Source: Chitinophagaceae bacterium (GTDB lineage Bacteria > Bacteroidota > Bacteroidia > Cytophagales > JASGCU01). From it: a stretch of 64,000 bases of DNA. The stretch's first letter is position 1; every line of letters begins with the position of its first letter. The notes below the pieces were generated by a model that saw only the letters and a list, made by a program, of their open reading frames with translations, ran no database searches and was not told where the DNA came from. Below are positions 33,194 to 42,743 of this stretch, one piece after another. The DNA lies in contig JASGCU010000001.1 of the NCBI GenBank assembly GCA_030053935.1, forward strand, positions 14,738 to 78,737, read 5' to 3'. The position numbers and the translations under genes were made by a program.

Positions 33194-34585
33194 TTATTTT
33201 AGAAATATATTTTTAAAAATCATAAACAATAAAGCAGATAAAATTATAGTGACCGGGAGAGTAAGCACCCAGGCAAGAATTATATTTTTTATTGTTTTGG
33301 CACGAAGGTTTTTTATTCCTTTACTTGCAACCATTGTTCCCATTATACCCGAAGAAAGTATTTGAGTAGTGCTGACGGGAAGAGAAAAAATGCTTGCTAA
33401 AGATATTGTTCCAGCTGCTACTAATTCTGCGGAAGCTCCCTGAGCGTATGTAAGGTCCTGTTTTCCAATTTTTTCTCCGATGGTCACAACTATTCTTTTC
33501 CAACCAATCATAGTACCTATTCCTAAAGAAATAGATACTAAAATTACAACCCAATACGGAACATATTCTATATTATTTTTCAAATAAGAGATATTTTTTT
33601 TGTATTCTTTCACATCTTCTTTTGTTTTTATGACCCTGTCTTCTGTTAAAAGCTTACTCAGTTTTATGACTCTCTGTATTTCTTTTCTTATCGTAAATAA
33701 CTGTGCATTTTCTATTTGTTTCAATTCTGTTGCAGAATGTATTTGAGTATTAATATTTTGAATAGATTGTAGGATTTCCCTGCTGTAAGAATTTTCCGTA
33801 TTTACTCCATCTATATTTTTTTGTTTTTGCAGTATAGATTCTATTTTTCTTGTGCTCTGTATTAAGTCTTCGGGAAGTGTATTTGGATTTATTACCGTTG
33901 ATGCAGGTAAAAGAATTATTAAAAATATCATAATGAGTCCTATTCCTTTTTGCCCATCGTTACTTCCATGGCTATAGCTGACGCTGGAGCAGGTAAATAT
34001 GAGCAATACTCTTATCCAAAGAGGCGGAGAAGTTTTTTCTTTCGGTGCTTTAAATATAGTGTCATTTTTAATTATTTTCCGAAGTATTATATAACATATT
34101 ATTGCTAAACAAAATCCTAAAAAAGGAGATATTAATAAACTCAATCCTATATCTCCTGCTTTAGACCAATTCACCCCTTCGTATCCTTGCCCCTGTATAT
34201 ACGAAAAAGCAATCCCCGCACCTAATATACTACCAACAAGAGTGTGAGAACTCGAACAAGGAATACCAAAATACCAAGTAGTAAAATTCCATATAATAGC
34301 GCTTGTAAGTAATGCCATCACTAGTATTACGCTTTGTTCCGTTCCAGAAGCTATAAGCATATCCATAGGAATTAAGTTTGTTATCCCCATTGCAACACCA
34401 ACTCCTCCTAGTATAACCCCTATGCTATTCATCACCCCACTTAACAACACAGCTTTCCAAGGTTTTAGTGATTTACTATATATAACTGTTGCAACAGCAT
34501 TTGCAGTATCATGAAATCCATTAATGAATTCAAAAGCACATGCTGCAATTAAGCAAATTAATAATAATAAAATTGTTTGTTCCAT
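33194..34585 (-). CDS. Inorganic phosphate transporter, PiT family
   Basis: 463-aa ORF. N-terminal FEFINGFHDTANAVATVIYS and the duplicated C-terminal half (YSHGSNDGQKGIG) are PiT/PHO4 signatures. Multiple TM segments flank a long hydrophilic central loop. Confidence 0.85.
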   Translation of the reverse strand: MEQTILLLLICLIAACAFEFINGFHDTANAVATVIYSKSLKPWKAVLLSGVMNSIGVILGGVGVAMGITNLIPMDMLIASGTEQSVILVMALLTSAIIWNFTTWYFGIPCSSSHTLVGSILGAGIAFSYIQGQGYEGVNWSKAGDIGLSLLISPFLGFCLAIICYIILRKIIKNDTIFKAPKEKTSPPLWIRVLLIFTCSSVSYSHGSNDGQKGIGLIMIFLIILLPASTVINPNTLPEDLIQSTRKIESILQKQKNIDGVNTENSYSREILQSIQNINTQIHSATELKQIENAQLFTIRKEIQRVIKLSKLLTEDRVIKTKEDVKEYKKNISYLKNNIEYVPYWVVILVSISLGIGTMIGWKRIVVTIGEKIGKQDLTYAQGASAELVAAGTISLASIFSLPVSTTQILSSGIMGTMVASKGIKNLRAKTIKNIILAWVLTLPVTIILSALLFMIFKNIFLK

Positions 34586-34659
34586 TTCAAAATTAGGTTT
34601 TTCTCTTCTATATCTATAAAAAATTATAAATCAAAATAAAATCGTTTTTAGTAACTATG

Positions 34660-34690
34660 CAAATATAATAGTTTTTTTAGTATAAACAAA
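34660..34690 (-). promoter_or_regulatory. Candidate Bacteroidetes-type promoter (TTTG-N19-TATATTTG) upstream of the PiT gene
   Basis: The minus strand reads TTTG tttatactaaaaaaactat TATATTTG. This matches the -33 TTTG / -7 TAnnTTTG consensus with a 19-nt spacer, about 75 nt upstream of the ATG at 34585. Confidence 0.4.
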
Positions 34691-35674
34691 GTTTATTAAA
34701 AATATGTTTCTTTTCATTAGTTTTTTGTGTTTACTTTTTTGTCTTTGTGAAACTTAAAAAACAAAAAATCTCGAAAGGATAAAAAAATAATTATCTTTTA
34801 TTACATTTTCTATCTTATCTTACCCCAATCTATAAGCTTACTCACTTGATATCAAAAGTATTTTTCTTCTTAGGATGAAATAACAATGTACTCGAAAATG
34901 CTTTTTATTTCGTATTTATTTCCATAATTATTTATTTTTATTTTTTTACTAAAATAGTGTATTTTTACTTTATTTTATATAATGAGTCATATAACGATTC
35001 ATTTTGATGAAAATGTATCAATTTTTTTCTAATTTAGTTTTGCAACGGTCTCAATTTGGCAACTATTTGATTACCAATGGTTTTAAAACTTAATAGTTTT
35101 GTGAAAATGACTTTTCAAAATAGATTCATTGATTTAAAACATTTATTTTTGAATTTTCTACAGTAAAATCTTTTTTTGGATTTTATTTTTTTTACAAAAA
35201 TGATTAAAAACATTTTTTCTTCTAAACGAATTTATTATTTGTCTTTTTGTTTTAGTGATATACTTGTACCATTTTTATTTTAATTTTTGGTTAAATTAAA
35301 GAAAATACTAACAGAATAATATTTTTCACAAAGTACATGTTGACATTTTTTTTATTTTTAAGTTTTTTTAGATAATACATTCCTAAAATAATTTGAAATT
35401 ACAAAAAAAAGATGTCATCCGAACAGCAAGAATAGAAAAAAAATAAAAAAAACAGTTGAATCAGGATTAGACATATTAAACGAAGGGTAGCATGTATACG
35501 ACTCAAAAAGATATAAAACTCACAGGAAAACAAATACAAATTCTCTCTACGGGATGGAAAAATAAGCTTTCTGTTTCAAAAATTAGAGATACTTTGAATA
35601 CGTTATAATCTTAAATAGATATAAAAAACACCACAAAGGAAAAAAATTTAACCATCTTATCTTATATATACAAA

Positions 35675-36442
35675 ATGAAAATAATCATATCTTATCTACT
35701 CAAAAAAATACCGAGAAAATATCTTCAAATATTTTCACCTTCCTTTTTTTTCATAATAAAAATTTTGTATAGAGGTAATAAAGTAGAATGCCCTCTTTGT
35801 CATACACGCTTGAAAAAGTTTTTACCATACGGAAGGATCCCCCGAGATAATGCCCTTTGCCCGAACTGTCTCTCATTAGAAAGGCATCGATTAATATATC
35901 TCTTTATGAGTCATAAGACCTCTTTTTTTCAGCAAAAGAACAATGTTTTGCACATAGCACCTGAGGTTTGTTTCTTCAAAAAATTTGAAAAGGTACATAC
36001 CGATACCTATATTACAGCGGACATAGAATCTCCTTTAGCAAAAGTAAAAATGGACATTCATCACATACCTTATAGTGATAATTTTTTTGACGTTATTCTT
36101 TGTAACCATGTACTAGAGCATGTAGAATCCGATACAAAAGTTTTATCCGAGTTATTTAGGGTATTAAAAAAAGGCGGTTGGGCTATCTTACAAGTTCCTT
36201 TTTTTGAACCTATACCTGAAATAACTTTAGAAGATCCAAATATCATTTCCCCCGAAGCACGATTTCAACACTACGGACAAGATGACCATTTGAGAAAATA
36301 CGGTAAGGATTACCCCAAGAGAATCAGTAATGTGGGATTTGATGTAGAAGAAAACATGTTTATAAAAACCCTTTCTCCAGAAGAAATCCAAAAATATGGA
36401 TTACCCATAGAGGAAGTTATTTACTTTTGTAAAAAAAAATAG
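35675..36442 (+). CDS. Class I SAM-dependent methyltransferase with N-terminal Cys4 zinc-ribbon
   Basis: 255-aa ORF. It has CPLCHTRLKKF...CPNCLSLERHR (CxxC...CxxC) and the Methyltransf_11-like motif DVILCNHVLEHVESDTKVLSELFRVLKKGGWAILQVP. Confidence 0.8.
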   Translation: MKIIISYLLKKIPRKYLQIFSPSFFFIIKILYRGNKVECPLCHTRLKKFLPYGRIPRDNALCPNCLSLERHRLIYLFMSHKTSFFQQKNNVLHIAPEVCFFKKFEKVHTDTYITADIESPLAKVKMDIHHIPYSDNFFDVILCNHVLEHVESDTKVLSELFRVLKKGGWAILQVPFFEPIPEITLEDPNIISPEARFQHYGQDDHLRKYGKDYPKRISNVGFDVEENMFIKTLSPEEIQKYGLPIEEVIYFCKKK

Positions 36443-36460
36443 GAGGGCTAAGTTATGTGA

Positions 36461-36484
36461 GTTCTAAAAATCAATTTTTAGAAC
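36461..36484. repeat. Abutting 11-bp inverted repeats GTTCTAAAAAT-CA-ATTTTTAGAAC
   Basis: Near-perfect palindrome read directly. The same 11-mers bound a 104-bp element at 42570-42673. Confidence 0.6.
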
Positions 36485-36489
36485 CCGCC

Positions 36490-36618
36490 TTTGTACAAGG
36501 TAAACAAAACAGATATAAAATAGAACAAAACAATTCAAATACAAGACATTATTTATCTATAATGGCAAGACGAACAAAAGTAGTTAGTAAATCAATTATG
36601 ATGTTTGATATAAATTAA
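36490..36618 (+). pseudogene. IS1-family transposase C-terminal remnant (~40 codons)
   Basis: The frame reads GKQNRYKIEQNNSNTRHYLSIMARRTKVVSKSIMMFDIN*. This aligns position by position with the IS1 InsB tail as I remember it (IER.N..LRQ.L.RL.R+T..FSKS...H). No intact upstream catalytic region is present. Confidence 0.4.
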
Positions 36619-36676
36619 GAATTGTTTGGGCTTTGCATGAAAGTATACTTTATATAACGAATTTCAAAAAATATTT

Positions 36677-37606
36677 TTATCTATCTATATTCAACACTCT
36701 CTTTTTTTCTACTATAGAGTCAATAAATTCAAAAATTTTTTTTGTGTTAGCAGGATGAAACGAAGAAAATTCGGCATCTCTCTTAAACCAAGTAATTTGT
36801 CTCTTGGCGTAATTTCTACTATGTTGCTTCAAAAGCTGTATAGCCATATTTTTATCATATCTTTTATCCAAAAAATCAAAAATTTCCTTATAACCAACCG
36901 TTTGTAATGCAGGGTATTGCTTAAAAGTATACAAATTGGTTGCCTCTTCAAATAAACCATCTTCTATCATTCTATCCATACGATTATTAATAACGTTATA
37001 GAGTTCCTCTCTCTCTCTTTCCAAGAGTATTTTCAATATAGAATATGTTTTAGCAGATTTTTTTTGTTTTCTAAAAGTAGAAAAGGGTATACCTGTAGAA
37101 TCTATAATTTCTGCTGCTCTTATGAGACGTTGAGCATTCTGCAAATCTACCCGATTATAGTAGAAAAAATCATGAGTTCTTATATATTCTTGAATAAAAA
37201 AAAGTCCTCTTTCTTGATATACGGTATTCCATTTCTCTCTTATATTATCTTCTACCTCGGGCATTTCATCAAAACCATCACAAACAGATTGGATATACAA
37301 CCCTGAACCTCCTACCATAACAATTATTTCGTGTTTTTGAAATAATTCATTTAATTTTTTTTCTGCTTCTTCTCCAAATTTTCCCGCAGAATAAGATTCT
37401 GTAATGGATTTTGTATTTATAAAATGGTGAGGAATGGTTTCTAACATAGAAAGAGTAGGTTTAGAAGTGCCTATTTCTAATTCTTTATATATTTGACGAG
37501 AATCAGCGGAAATAATTTCTGTTTGAAATGCTTTTGCTAAGGAATAGGCGACCTCTGTCTTTCCTACTCCTGTAGCACCCGCAATTACAATAAGGGTTTT
37601 ATTCAA
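36677..37606 (-). CDS. miaA: tRNA dimethylallyltransferase
   Basis: 309-aa ORF with P-loop IAGATGVGKT and ISADSRQIYKELEIGTSKP, typical of MiaA. Confidence 0.9.
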   Translation of the reverse strand: MNKTLIVIAGATGVGKTEVAYSLAKAFQTEIISADSRQIYKELEIGTSKPTLSMLETIPHHFINTKSITESYSAGKFGEEAEKKLNELFQKHEIIVMVGGSGLYIQSVCDGFDEMPEVEDNIREKWNTVYQERGLFFIQEYIRTHDFFYYNRVDLQNAQRLIRAAEIIDSTGIPFSTFRKQKKSAKTYSILKILLEREREELYNVINNRMDRMIEDGLFEEATNLYTFKQYPALQTVGYKEIFDFLDKRYDKNMAIQLLKQHSRNYAKRQITWFKRDAEFSSFHPANTKKIFEFIDSIVEKKRVLNIDR

Positions 37607-37632
37607 AATTATAGAAATAATTATTATTGCTA

Positions 37633-39450
37633 TTAGATAATTTTGATACTTCGTTCCATAAAAGCTGTGAGTTTTTCTCCTAAGAGCATATTTTGAGAAA
37701 GTAATGCTAAATCATACACCTGACTTACGATATTTATTTGCTCTTCTTCGGTTTCTGTTTTTAATATCTTTGATATTACGGAATGATTTGTATTTATAGA
37801 CAAATCGAACATATCAGGCATATTTTTACTTCCACTTCTATCCATCATCAGGGACATATCTTTCATTCGTCTAAAAAACTCAGGAAGTGTAATAACCGCA
37901 GGAAAAAACTCGGGAGACATTCCTTCTAAATGTATCGTCACAGAATTATTATTTATTACTTTTTTGAATAATTCTTTTATTTTTTCTTCCTCCGATGTGG
38001 ATAAAACAGAATGCCTTTCTTCATTTTTGGGGATTAATTTTTCTAATATGTCTGCATCTACTCGCTTCCAATTTATTTTTTCTAATTTCATTTCAAAATG
38101 ATTCATAAAATGATTGTCTATTGGACTGTCCATTTTTATGACTGTAAAGCCCTGTTTTATGGCATTTTGAATGTAACTGTGTTGTTTTTCTGAATCATTC
38201 GTATAGAGAATCACAAAATTTCCATCTTTATCTAATTGATTCGTTCCAAATGATTCTTGTGCTTCTTTGAGAGTGTAAAATTTTTCATTTACATCCTCTA
38301 TAAGGAGGGAATCCTTGAGCTTCTCTTGGAATTTTTCATCTGTAACCATTCCATATTTTACAAAAAGTCCTATATCTTTCCATTTTTTTTCAAACTCTTC
38401 TCTATTTTTATTAGATAATTCTACTAATTTGTCCCCTACTTTTTTAGTAATATAGGTATGTATTTTTTTTACGTTAGAATCCGCTTGTAAGTAGCTTCGA
38501 GAAACATTTAAAGGTATATCGGGGGAATCTATAACTCCTCGCAGAAGCGTCAGAAACTCAGGAACTATATCTTTTACTTCATCGGTAATAAATACTTGTC
38601 GGCTATAGAGCTGTATTTTCTCTTGGGAAGTGCTAAAGTCTTTCTTCATCCTCGGAAAATACAATACCCCGGTGAGGTTAAAAGGATAATCTACATTGAG
38701 ATGGATCCAAAAAAGAGGTTCTTCCGCAAAAGGATATAATTCTTTGTAAAACTGAGTATAGTCCTCGTCTTTCAAATCAATTGGTGGCTTAGTCCAAAGA
38801 GGTTTTGGGTTATTAATAACCTTTCCATTAAATTCTATTTCTACGGGCAAAAACTTGCAATACTTTTTGAGCATAGTATCTATCTTATTTTTTTCTAAAA
38901 ACTCAAGACAATCGTCCATAAGATGGATAACCACCTCAGTTCCTCTTTCTTGTTTTACATGAGGAGTTATTTCAAATTCTGTAGAACCATCGCATTCCCA
39001 ACGAATTGCTTCCGCACCTTCTTTATAAGAAAGAGTATAGATTTCTACTTTCTTTGCTACCATAAAAGCCGAGTAAAAACCTAAACCAAAATGCCCTATA
39101 ATCTGCTTATGAGCGTCAGCATCTTTGAATTTTTCTATAAATTCTGTAGCACCCGAAAATGCTATTTGATTTATGTATTTTTTAACCTCGTCCCCGGTCA
39201 TACCTATGCCTCTATCGGAAATAGTAATAGTTTTAAGGGCTTCATTGATAGAAACTGTAATTTTTGTATCCCCTATATCTTGAGAAAATTCTCCTTGATT
39301 GGCTAATTGTGTCAGTTTGCTCGTGGCATCTACTGCGTTTGAAACTAATTCTCTTAAAAATATCTCTTGGTCAGAGTATAAAAATTTTTTAATTATGGGA
39401 AAAATATTTTCCGTATTGATGGAAAGTGTTCCTTTTTCTGTTGTTGACAT
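37633..39450 (-). CDS. htpG: Molecular chaperone HtpG (Hsp90 family)
   Basis: 605-aa ORF with FLRELVSNAVDA, DRGIGMT and GHFGLGFYSAFMVA GHKL-ATPase motifs and an Hsp90 middle/C-terminal region. Confidence 0.92.
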   Translation of the reverse strand: MSTTEKGTLSINTENIFPIIKKFLYSDQEIFLRELVSNAVDATSKLTQLANQGEFSQDIGDTKITVSINEALKTITISDRGIGMTGDEVKKYINQIAFSGATEFIEKFKDADAHKQIIGHFGLGFYSAFMVAKKVEIYTLSYKEGAEAIRWECDGSTEFEITPHVKQERGTEVVIHLMDDCLEFLEKNKIDTMLKKYCKFLPVEIEFNGKVINNPKPLWTKPPIDLKDEDYTQFYKELYPFAEEPLFWIHLNVDYPFNLTGVLYFPRMKKDFSTSQEKIQLYSRQVFITDEVKDIVPEFLTLLRGVIDSPDIPLNVSRSYLQADSNVKKIHTYITKKVGDKLVELSNKNREEFEKKWKDIGLFVKYGMVTDEKFQEKLKDSLLIEDVNEKFYTLKEAQESFGTNQLDKDGNFVILYTNDSEKQHSYIQNAIKQGFTVIKMDSPIDNHFMNHFEMKLEKINWKRVDADILEKLIPKNEERHSVLSTSEEEKIKELFKKVINNNSVTIHLEGMSPEFFPAVITLPEFFRRMKDMSLMMDRSGSKNMPDMFDLSINTNHSVISKILKTETEEEQINIVSQVYDLALLSQNMLLGEKLTAFMERSIKII

Positions 39451-39768
39451 GGTGTGTTTTTAATTGAGTAAATAATTCTATACTTATATGTAATTCCAAA
39501 ATACAAATGTAATGCCTTTCATTTTTTCATTCTTTTTAGGACAAAATGGCATAATATATATGGATAACAAAAAAACATATTTTTTTTCATTATTCAAACC
39601 TATTTCTATCAAATAATTTACAATTTATATTTCGTAATTTGGTATATATTAAAATTTATAAAAAGATACATAACTTTGCGAAGTGGATACGACAAAGAGA
39701 AAGAGATTATGTATTATTATGTATCACAAATATATTATTAACAGTTATTACATACCATTTATAATATT

Positions 39769-40113
39769 ATGCCATATAAAGCACATATAATAGAAAAAAG
39801 ATACTATTCCATAGGAGAAGTAACACAAAAAACAGGTGTTTCCGAGGCAACTATCAGATATTGGCAGCACGAATTAGAAGAACTCATAGGTATCAGAACA
39901 TTTCCGAATAGTAAAAATAGATGTTTTACTCAAGAAGATATTGAAAAGATACTCAAAGTAAAATATCTAAAAGATAAACATTTTACTTTGGAGGGCATAA
40001 AAGAACAATTGAGTAGAAAAGATTCAGAAGAAATTACTCAAAAAATGAAGCTTATAGATAGTTTGATGCGATTGAGGGAATTTTTAGTAAAAATATCGGA
40101 ATCGGTTAAGTAG
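39769..40113 (+). CDS. MerR-family HTH transcriptional regulator
   Basis: 114-aa ORF. YSIGEVTQKTGVSEATIRYWQHE is a MerR-type HTH, followed by a coiled-coil tail. It lies 8 nt upstream of dprA. Confidence 0.75.
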   Translation: MPYKAHIIEKRYYSIGEVTQKTGVSEATIRYWQHELEELIGIRTFPNSKNRCFTQEDIEKILKVKYLKDKHFTLEGIKEQLSRKDSEEITQKMKLIDSLMRLREFLVKISESVK

Positions 40114-40121
40114 ATCCTTCT

Positions 40122-41252
40122 ATGCAAGAAAAGATATTTCAGCTTGCTCTCAATGCTACGCCTGGAGTTGGTCCTGTAAGTATAAAAAACCTTATAAACT
40201 ATACGGGGAGTGCATCTAATGTTTATAAATCCGCAAAAGCATCTCTCCTCAAAATACCAGGAATAGGAGAAAAAACAGTGAATAGTATAAAGGACAAGCA
40301 ATGGATTCAAAAAGCAGAAGAGATATTAAAAAAATGTGAAAAAGATGCTCTTTCTATTACTTTTTATACCGATCCAAATTACCCATCTCGTTTTAAAAAT
40401 ATCATTGATTCTCCCGTTATCCTTTTCTCAAAAGGAAATATAGATTTTAATCCTCAAAAATCCATAGCAATTATAGGCACACGCAATGCAACCGACTATG
40501 GGAAAACAATCACCAAAGAAATTATTGAAGGAGTAAAAAAGTATAACCCTCTTATAGTCAGCGGACTCGCCTACGGGATAGATATAGAGGCACATAAACA
40601 ATCGCTCCATAACGAATTGCCAACTATTGCTATTATGGGAAGCGGAGTAGATATAATATATCCAAAACTCCATCAAAAAATAGCAGATAAAATGATACAT
40701 GCCGCCGGAAGCGGCGTAGTAAGTGAATTTACTCCTGGTACAGACCCTGACCCCGGTAATTTTCCGGCAAGAAATAGAATTATTGTGGCACTTGCAGACA
40801 TTATTATAATAGTAGAAACCGCACTGAAAGGTGGTAGTTTAATCTCTGCTGAAATAGCAAACTCTTACGAAAAAGATATCTTAGCAGTGCCAGGAAATAT
40901 CAATCAAATTTTCTCCCAGGGCTGTAATCATTTGATACTCAATCATAAAGCACATATCTATACCAAACCCGAAGATATTACTGCTCTGATGAATTGGGAC
41001 TTGGGCAAGAATACTAATAATGCCAACACAAAAACTCCTTCTATTTTTAATATTCCCGAAGATTTTACCATAGAAGAAAAAAAGATACTACAATATCTCC
41101 AAGAAAAAGAAACCGGAGAACATATAGATCTTCTGAGCTGGGCAACACAAATTCCCATAAACCAATTATTTAATGCCTTACTGCAATTAGAATTTGCGGG
41201 ATATATAAAATCGCTTCCCGGAAAATATTATAAATTCACGAATCCAAAATGA
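40122..41252 (+). CDS. dprA: DNA-processing protein DprA
   Basis: 376-aa ORF with the Rossmann-like core IAIIGTRNATDYG...SGLAYGIDIEAHKQ...FPARNRIIVALAD...TALKGGSLISAEIA and a C-terminal winged-helix-like tail. Confidence 0.88.
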   Translation: MQEKIFQLALNATPGVGPVSIKNLINYTGSASNVYKSAKASLLKIPGIGEKTVNSIKDKQWIQKAEEILKKCEKDALSITFYTDPNYPSRFKNIIDSPVILFSKGNIDFNPQKSIAIIGTRNATDYGKTITKEIIEGVKKYNPLIVSGLAYGIDIEAHKQSLHNELPTIAIMGSGVDIIYPKLHQKIADKMIHAAGSGVVSEFTPGTDPDPGNFPARNRIIVALADIIIIVETALKGGSLISAEIANSYEKDILAVPGNINQIFSQGCNHLILNHKAHIYTKPEDITALMNWDLGKNTNNANTKTPSIFNIPEDFTIEEKKILQYLQEKETGEHIDLLSWATQIPINQLFNALLQLEFAGYIKSLPGKYYKFTNPK

Positions 41253-42520
41253 AATTTTTTATTCTCTCTTCTATTTTTTTTCTTTCTTTTTTTGCAAAAT
41301 CTCAATCCATAAGTTTTTTTGAGAATATAGAATCTCTCCCTGTAAACTCAAAGTACAATGAAGAAACTCCTATAATCCATCCTTCTCAAAAAGAACTCTA
41401 TATCACACGCATAAAACATTCTGAAAATGTGGGTGGAGTAGCGGATGAAGGGGATATTTGGGTTTCCACAATGCACAACAATCGTATTTCCTCACCCACA
41501 CGTATTCCATTAAATGACAGACATTCCGCTCGTCTATTGGGTTTTACCAAGCAAGATGAAATGTTCCTTGCAATAAATTTTGTAGATGCGCAAAGCAGAA
41601 AGCGTTCCCTCATTGCAATAAGTAAACAACATAAAAATCAATGGCAGAAACCGAATCCACTACATATTCCCTATTTTCCAATATATTCCGAACATATAAG
41701 TGGCTCTATAACATTAGACGGATATACGCTTATCCTCGCAATAGAATCCATTCCCCGACAGGGTGCAGAGGATATATATGTCTGTTTTAGAACTTCCGAT
41801 ACTTCTTTTACAGAATTAAAAAATGTAGGAAGTACAATAAACACGCCTTTGCAAGAAAAAACCCCCTATCTTTTTAATGATGGAAAAACTCTTTATTTTT
41901 CCACAAATGGCAGAAATGGAAAAGGAAGTTTTGATATTTTTACCTCTCAAAGAGTTGATGATACTTGGAAAAATTGGACTGAGGTGATCAGTGTTTCACC
42001 CCCTGTGAATACCAATGGAACCGAGCTGGGTTTTTTTTTTATTCCCGAAACCGAATATGCTTATTTTTCTTCCACTCAAAATTCTATTGGGTATAGTGAT
42101 ATAAAAAGAATACGAATACAACAAGCATCTCCTCAAAACAATACTTTTGCAGATTTAGATTCTGCAAAAATAGGACAGACCATTACTCTCAATACTATCC
42201 TTTTTCAGCAAGGGAAAGAGGTTTTATTAGAAAGTTCCATTCCCGAGTTAAACAATTTGCTCTCTTTTCTCAACAAAAATAAGGATATACATATATTTAT
42301 TGCGGGGCATACCGATGTTTTGGGAGATGAAAATCACAATATGCTGTTGTCTCAAAAAAGAGTAGATACTATTATAAAGTATTTGATACAAAATGGCATC
42401 AATAAACAGAGATTAGAAGGTAAAGGATTCGGGAATACACGACCTCTCTACTCTCAAGAGGCATCCGAAGAGAAAAGAGCTTATAATAGAAGAGTAGAAA
42501 TTACTCTTTTCAATAAATAA
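41249..42520 (+). CDS. OmpA-family protein with TolB-like N-terminal repeats
   Basis: 423-aa ORF with a signal peptide (MKFFILSSIFFLSFFAKSQS). The C-terminal OmpA_C motif reads GHTDVLGDENHNMLLSQKRVDTIIKYL...NRRVEI. Its start overlaps the dprA stop (ATGA at 41249-41252). Confidence 0.8.
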   Translation: MKFFILSSIFFLSFFAKSQSISFFENIESLPVNSKYNEETPIIHPSQKELYITRIKHSENVGGVADEGDIWVSTMHNNRISSPTRIPLNDRHSARLLGFTKQDEMFLAINFVDAQSRKRSLIAISKQHKNQWQKPNPLHIPYFPIYSEHISGSITLDGYTLILAIESIPRQGAEDIYVCFRTSDTSFTELKNVGSTINTPLQEKTPYLFNDGKTLYFSTNGRNGKGSFDIFTSQRVDDTWKNWTEVISVSPPVNTNGTELGFFFIPETEYAYFSSTQNSIGYSDIKRIRIQQASPQNNTFADLDSAKIGQTITLNTILFQQGKEVLLESSIPELNNLLSFLNKNKDIHIFIAGHTDVLGDENHNMLLSQKRVDTIIKYLIQNGINKQRLEGKGFGNTRPLYSQEASEEKRAYNRRVEITLFNK

Positions 42521-42569
42521 GAGTATGGTCTCCTCATTTGCTTTAAAAATTACGATGTAATATAGAGGG

Positions 42570-42673
42570 GTTCTAAAAATTCAAATCCTAAAAACTGTAT
42601 CTCTTAAAAACCAATAGTAGAGACGTAATGCATTACGTCTCTACTATTTTTTGAAGAAATCAATTTTTAGAAC
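42570..42673. repeat. 104-bp element bounded by GTTCTAAAAAT / ATTTTTAGAAC inverted repeats, carrying the terminator hairpin
   Basis: Terminal 11-mers sit at 42570-42580 and 42663-42673. The same pair abuts at 36461-36484. Confidence 0.5.
42614..42653. terminator. Bidirectional rho-independent terminator between the convergent OmpA-family gene and lgt
   Basis: Perfect 34-bp palindrome ATAGTAGAGACGTAATG|CATTACGTCTCTACTAT, followed by a T-run on the plus strand and preceded by AAAAA (a T-run on the minus strand). Confidence 0.75.
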
Positions 42674-42743
42674 CTACCAATAATTAAAACATTGATAGTG
42701 TGAAATAAATGGTATCCTTTCAGAGTTTGTAAACCGTTCATTT

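Noticed and set aside
1836-33365. About 45 plus-strand ORFs (61-141 aa) and six minus-strand frame-1 ORFs listed across the left half
   Set aside because: All lie inside and antisense to, or out of frame with, the continuous giant minus-strand ORF. Their translations are low-complexity (F/I/L/V/S-rich) with no motifs. Pairs such as 27105-27434 and 31818-32147 are similar only because they shadow duplicated LamG modules.
36461-36484. Palindrome 20 nt after the methyltransferase stop as a rho-independent terminator
   Set aside because: The stem is entirely A/T-rich with a 2-nt centre and is followed by CCGCC rather than a T-run. It is better explained as paired terminal repeats of a small element.
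39504-39678. TAnnTTTG -7-like boxes upstream of htpG (TACATTTG, about 39504-39511, minus) and of the MerR gene (TAACTTTG, about 39671-39678, plus)
   Set aside because: Neither has a TTTG/-33 element at the expected 19-21-nt spacing, and such octamers are frequent in AT-rich DNA. They are too weak to list as features.
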